Shown here one piece after another: positions 63,633 through 64,000 of a stretch of 64,000 bases of DNA. The notes under the pieces are model-generated. The model was given only the letters and a program-made list of their open reading frames with translations. It was not told where the DNA came from and made no database searches. The first letter of the stretch is position 1; each line of letters starts with the position of its first letter. Origin of the DNA: Hyphomicrobiaceae bacterium. Its GTDB lineage: Bacteria; Pseudomonadota; Alphaproteobacteria; Rhizobiales; Hyphomicrobiaceae. The position numbers and the translations under genes were made by a program. Where the stretch lies: positions 35,825 through 99,824 of the forward strand of contig DAIPMW010000012.1 of assembly GCA_036768475.1 (NCBI GenBank), in the 5' to 3' direction.

Positions 63633-63802
63633 TCCCCGCAGATTGAGCACGCGCGCTTTATGGCGGAGCGCAAGTCATCGGAGTCAATCATTGGCGTCGC
63701 ATATCGCATCTCTCAGGCGCGAAATACCGTTCCGGCGACCCCTGAGGATCGACCTGCGGCATTGCGTTGCAAAAAAATTGCTTGTTGGGGTGAGCCCAGC
63801 TG

Positions 63803-63831
63803 TTGACCATGCAGAAACCTGTGTATATAGC
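63803..63831 (+). promoter_or_regulatory. candidate sigma-70 promoter for the downstream (rpsL/str-type) operon
   Basis: TTGACC, then a 15-17 nt spacer, then TATATAGC. An A-tract (ttgcaaaaaaattgc) resembling an UP element lies upstream. Confidence 0.35.
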
Positions 63832-64000
63832 TTCCCCCACTCTCACGGTAGGCGGTAGGCCGTTTCCGCGCCCCCTGATGCGCGCCTGGGCCTAGACGCT
63901 ATCGTTCAAAAGCAGAGGACATTTCTGGACCATGATCTTCGGCCCACAAGCCGGATGATCCTCTGGTTTTTTTCGTGCCGGGTGCCCGCCTTAAGCGGGT

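Overview
GC-rich alphaproteobacterial (Hyphomicrobiales/Rhizobiales-like) chromosomal segment, densely coding on both strands. From left to right: (1) the tail of a Calvin-cycle operon, cbbL(partial)-cbbS-cbbX-rpe-thioredoxin-fold protein-gph. (2) Housekeeping genes: yfcG-like GST, hemN, a degenerate PCP/BY-kinase-like protein, DUF2842, ctaA, argC, a TerC-family protein, rplM-rpsI, and small metabolic genes. (3) A 15.7-34.3 kb envelope/glucan-type locus. It holds a GT87/DUF2029 membrane protein, an NdvA-like ABC exporter, a roughly 800-aa polytopic membrane protein, an L,D-transpeptidase, and OpgH with an FkbM methyltransferase and an unknown exported protein. Interleaved with these is a gene set of GTP cyclohydrolase II, a RibD-C reductase with cytochrome b561, a PTPS-like/GT4/methyltransferase operon, an MDR dehydrogenase and a HAD-IIA hydrolase. 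I consider this gene set the best candidate for an uncharacterised pathway. (4) A translationally coupled otsB-GH15-otsA-glk trehalose operon. (5) A two-gene Cys-type formate dehydrogenase with an unusual GltD-like electron-transfer subunit. (6) tRNA-Thr, small hypothetical proteins and rlmB. (7) The conserved tRNA-Tyr/tRNA-Gly-tuf-tRNA-Trp-secE-nusG-rplKAJL-rpoBC array, interrupted here by a doxX cassette and by ybjQ. A roughly 105-nt double-hairpin intergenic repeat occurs six times (five full copies, one partial). It lies mostly between convergent genes, three times supplies or abuts a stop codon, and brackets doxX as an inverted pair. I saw no rRNA, CRISPR array, transposase or integrase ORF, prophage, or recognisable defence or toxin-antitoxin genes. 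All functional calls come from reading the supplied translations for motifs and from gene order; no database search was possible.
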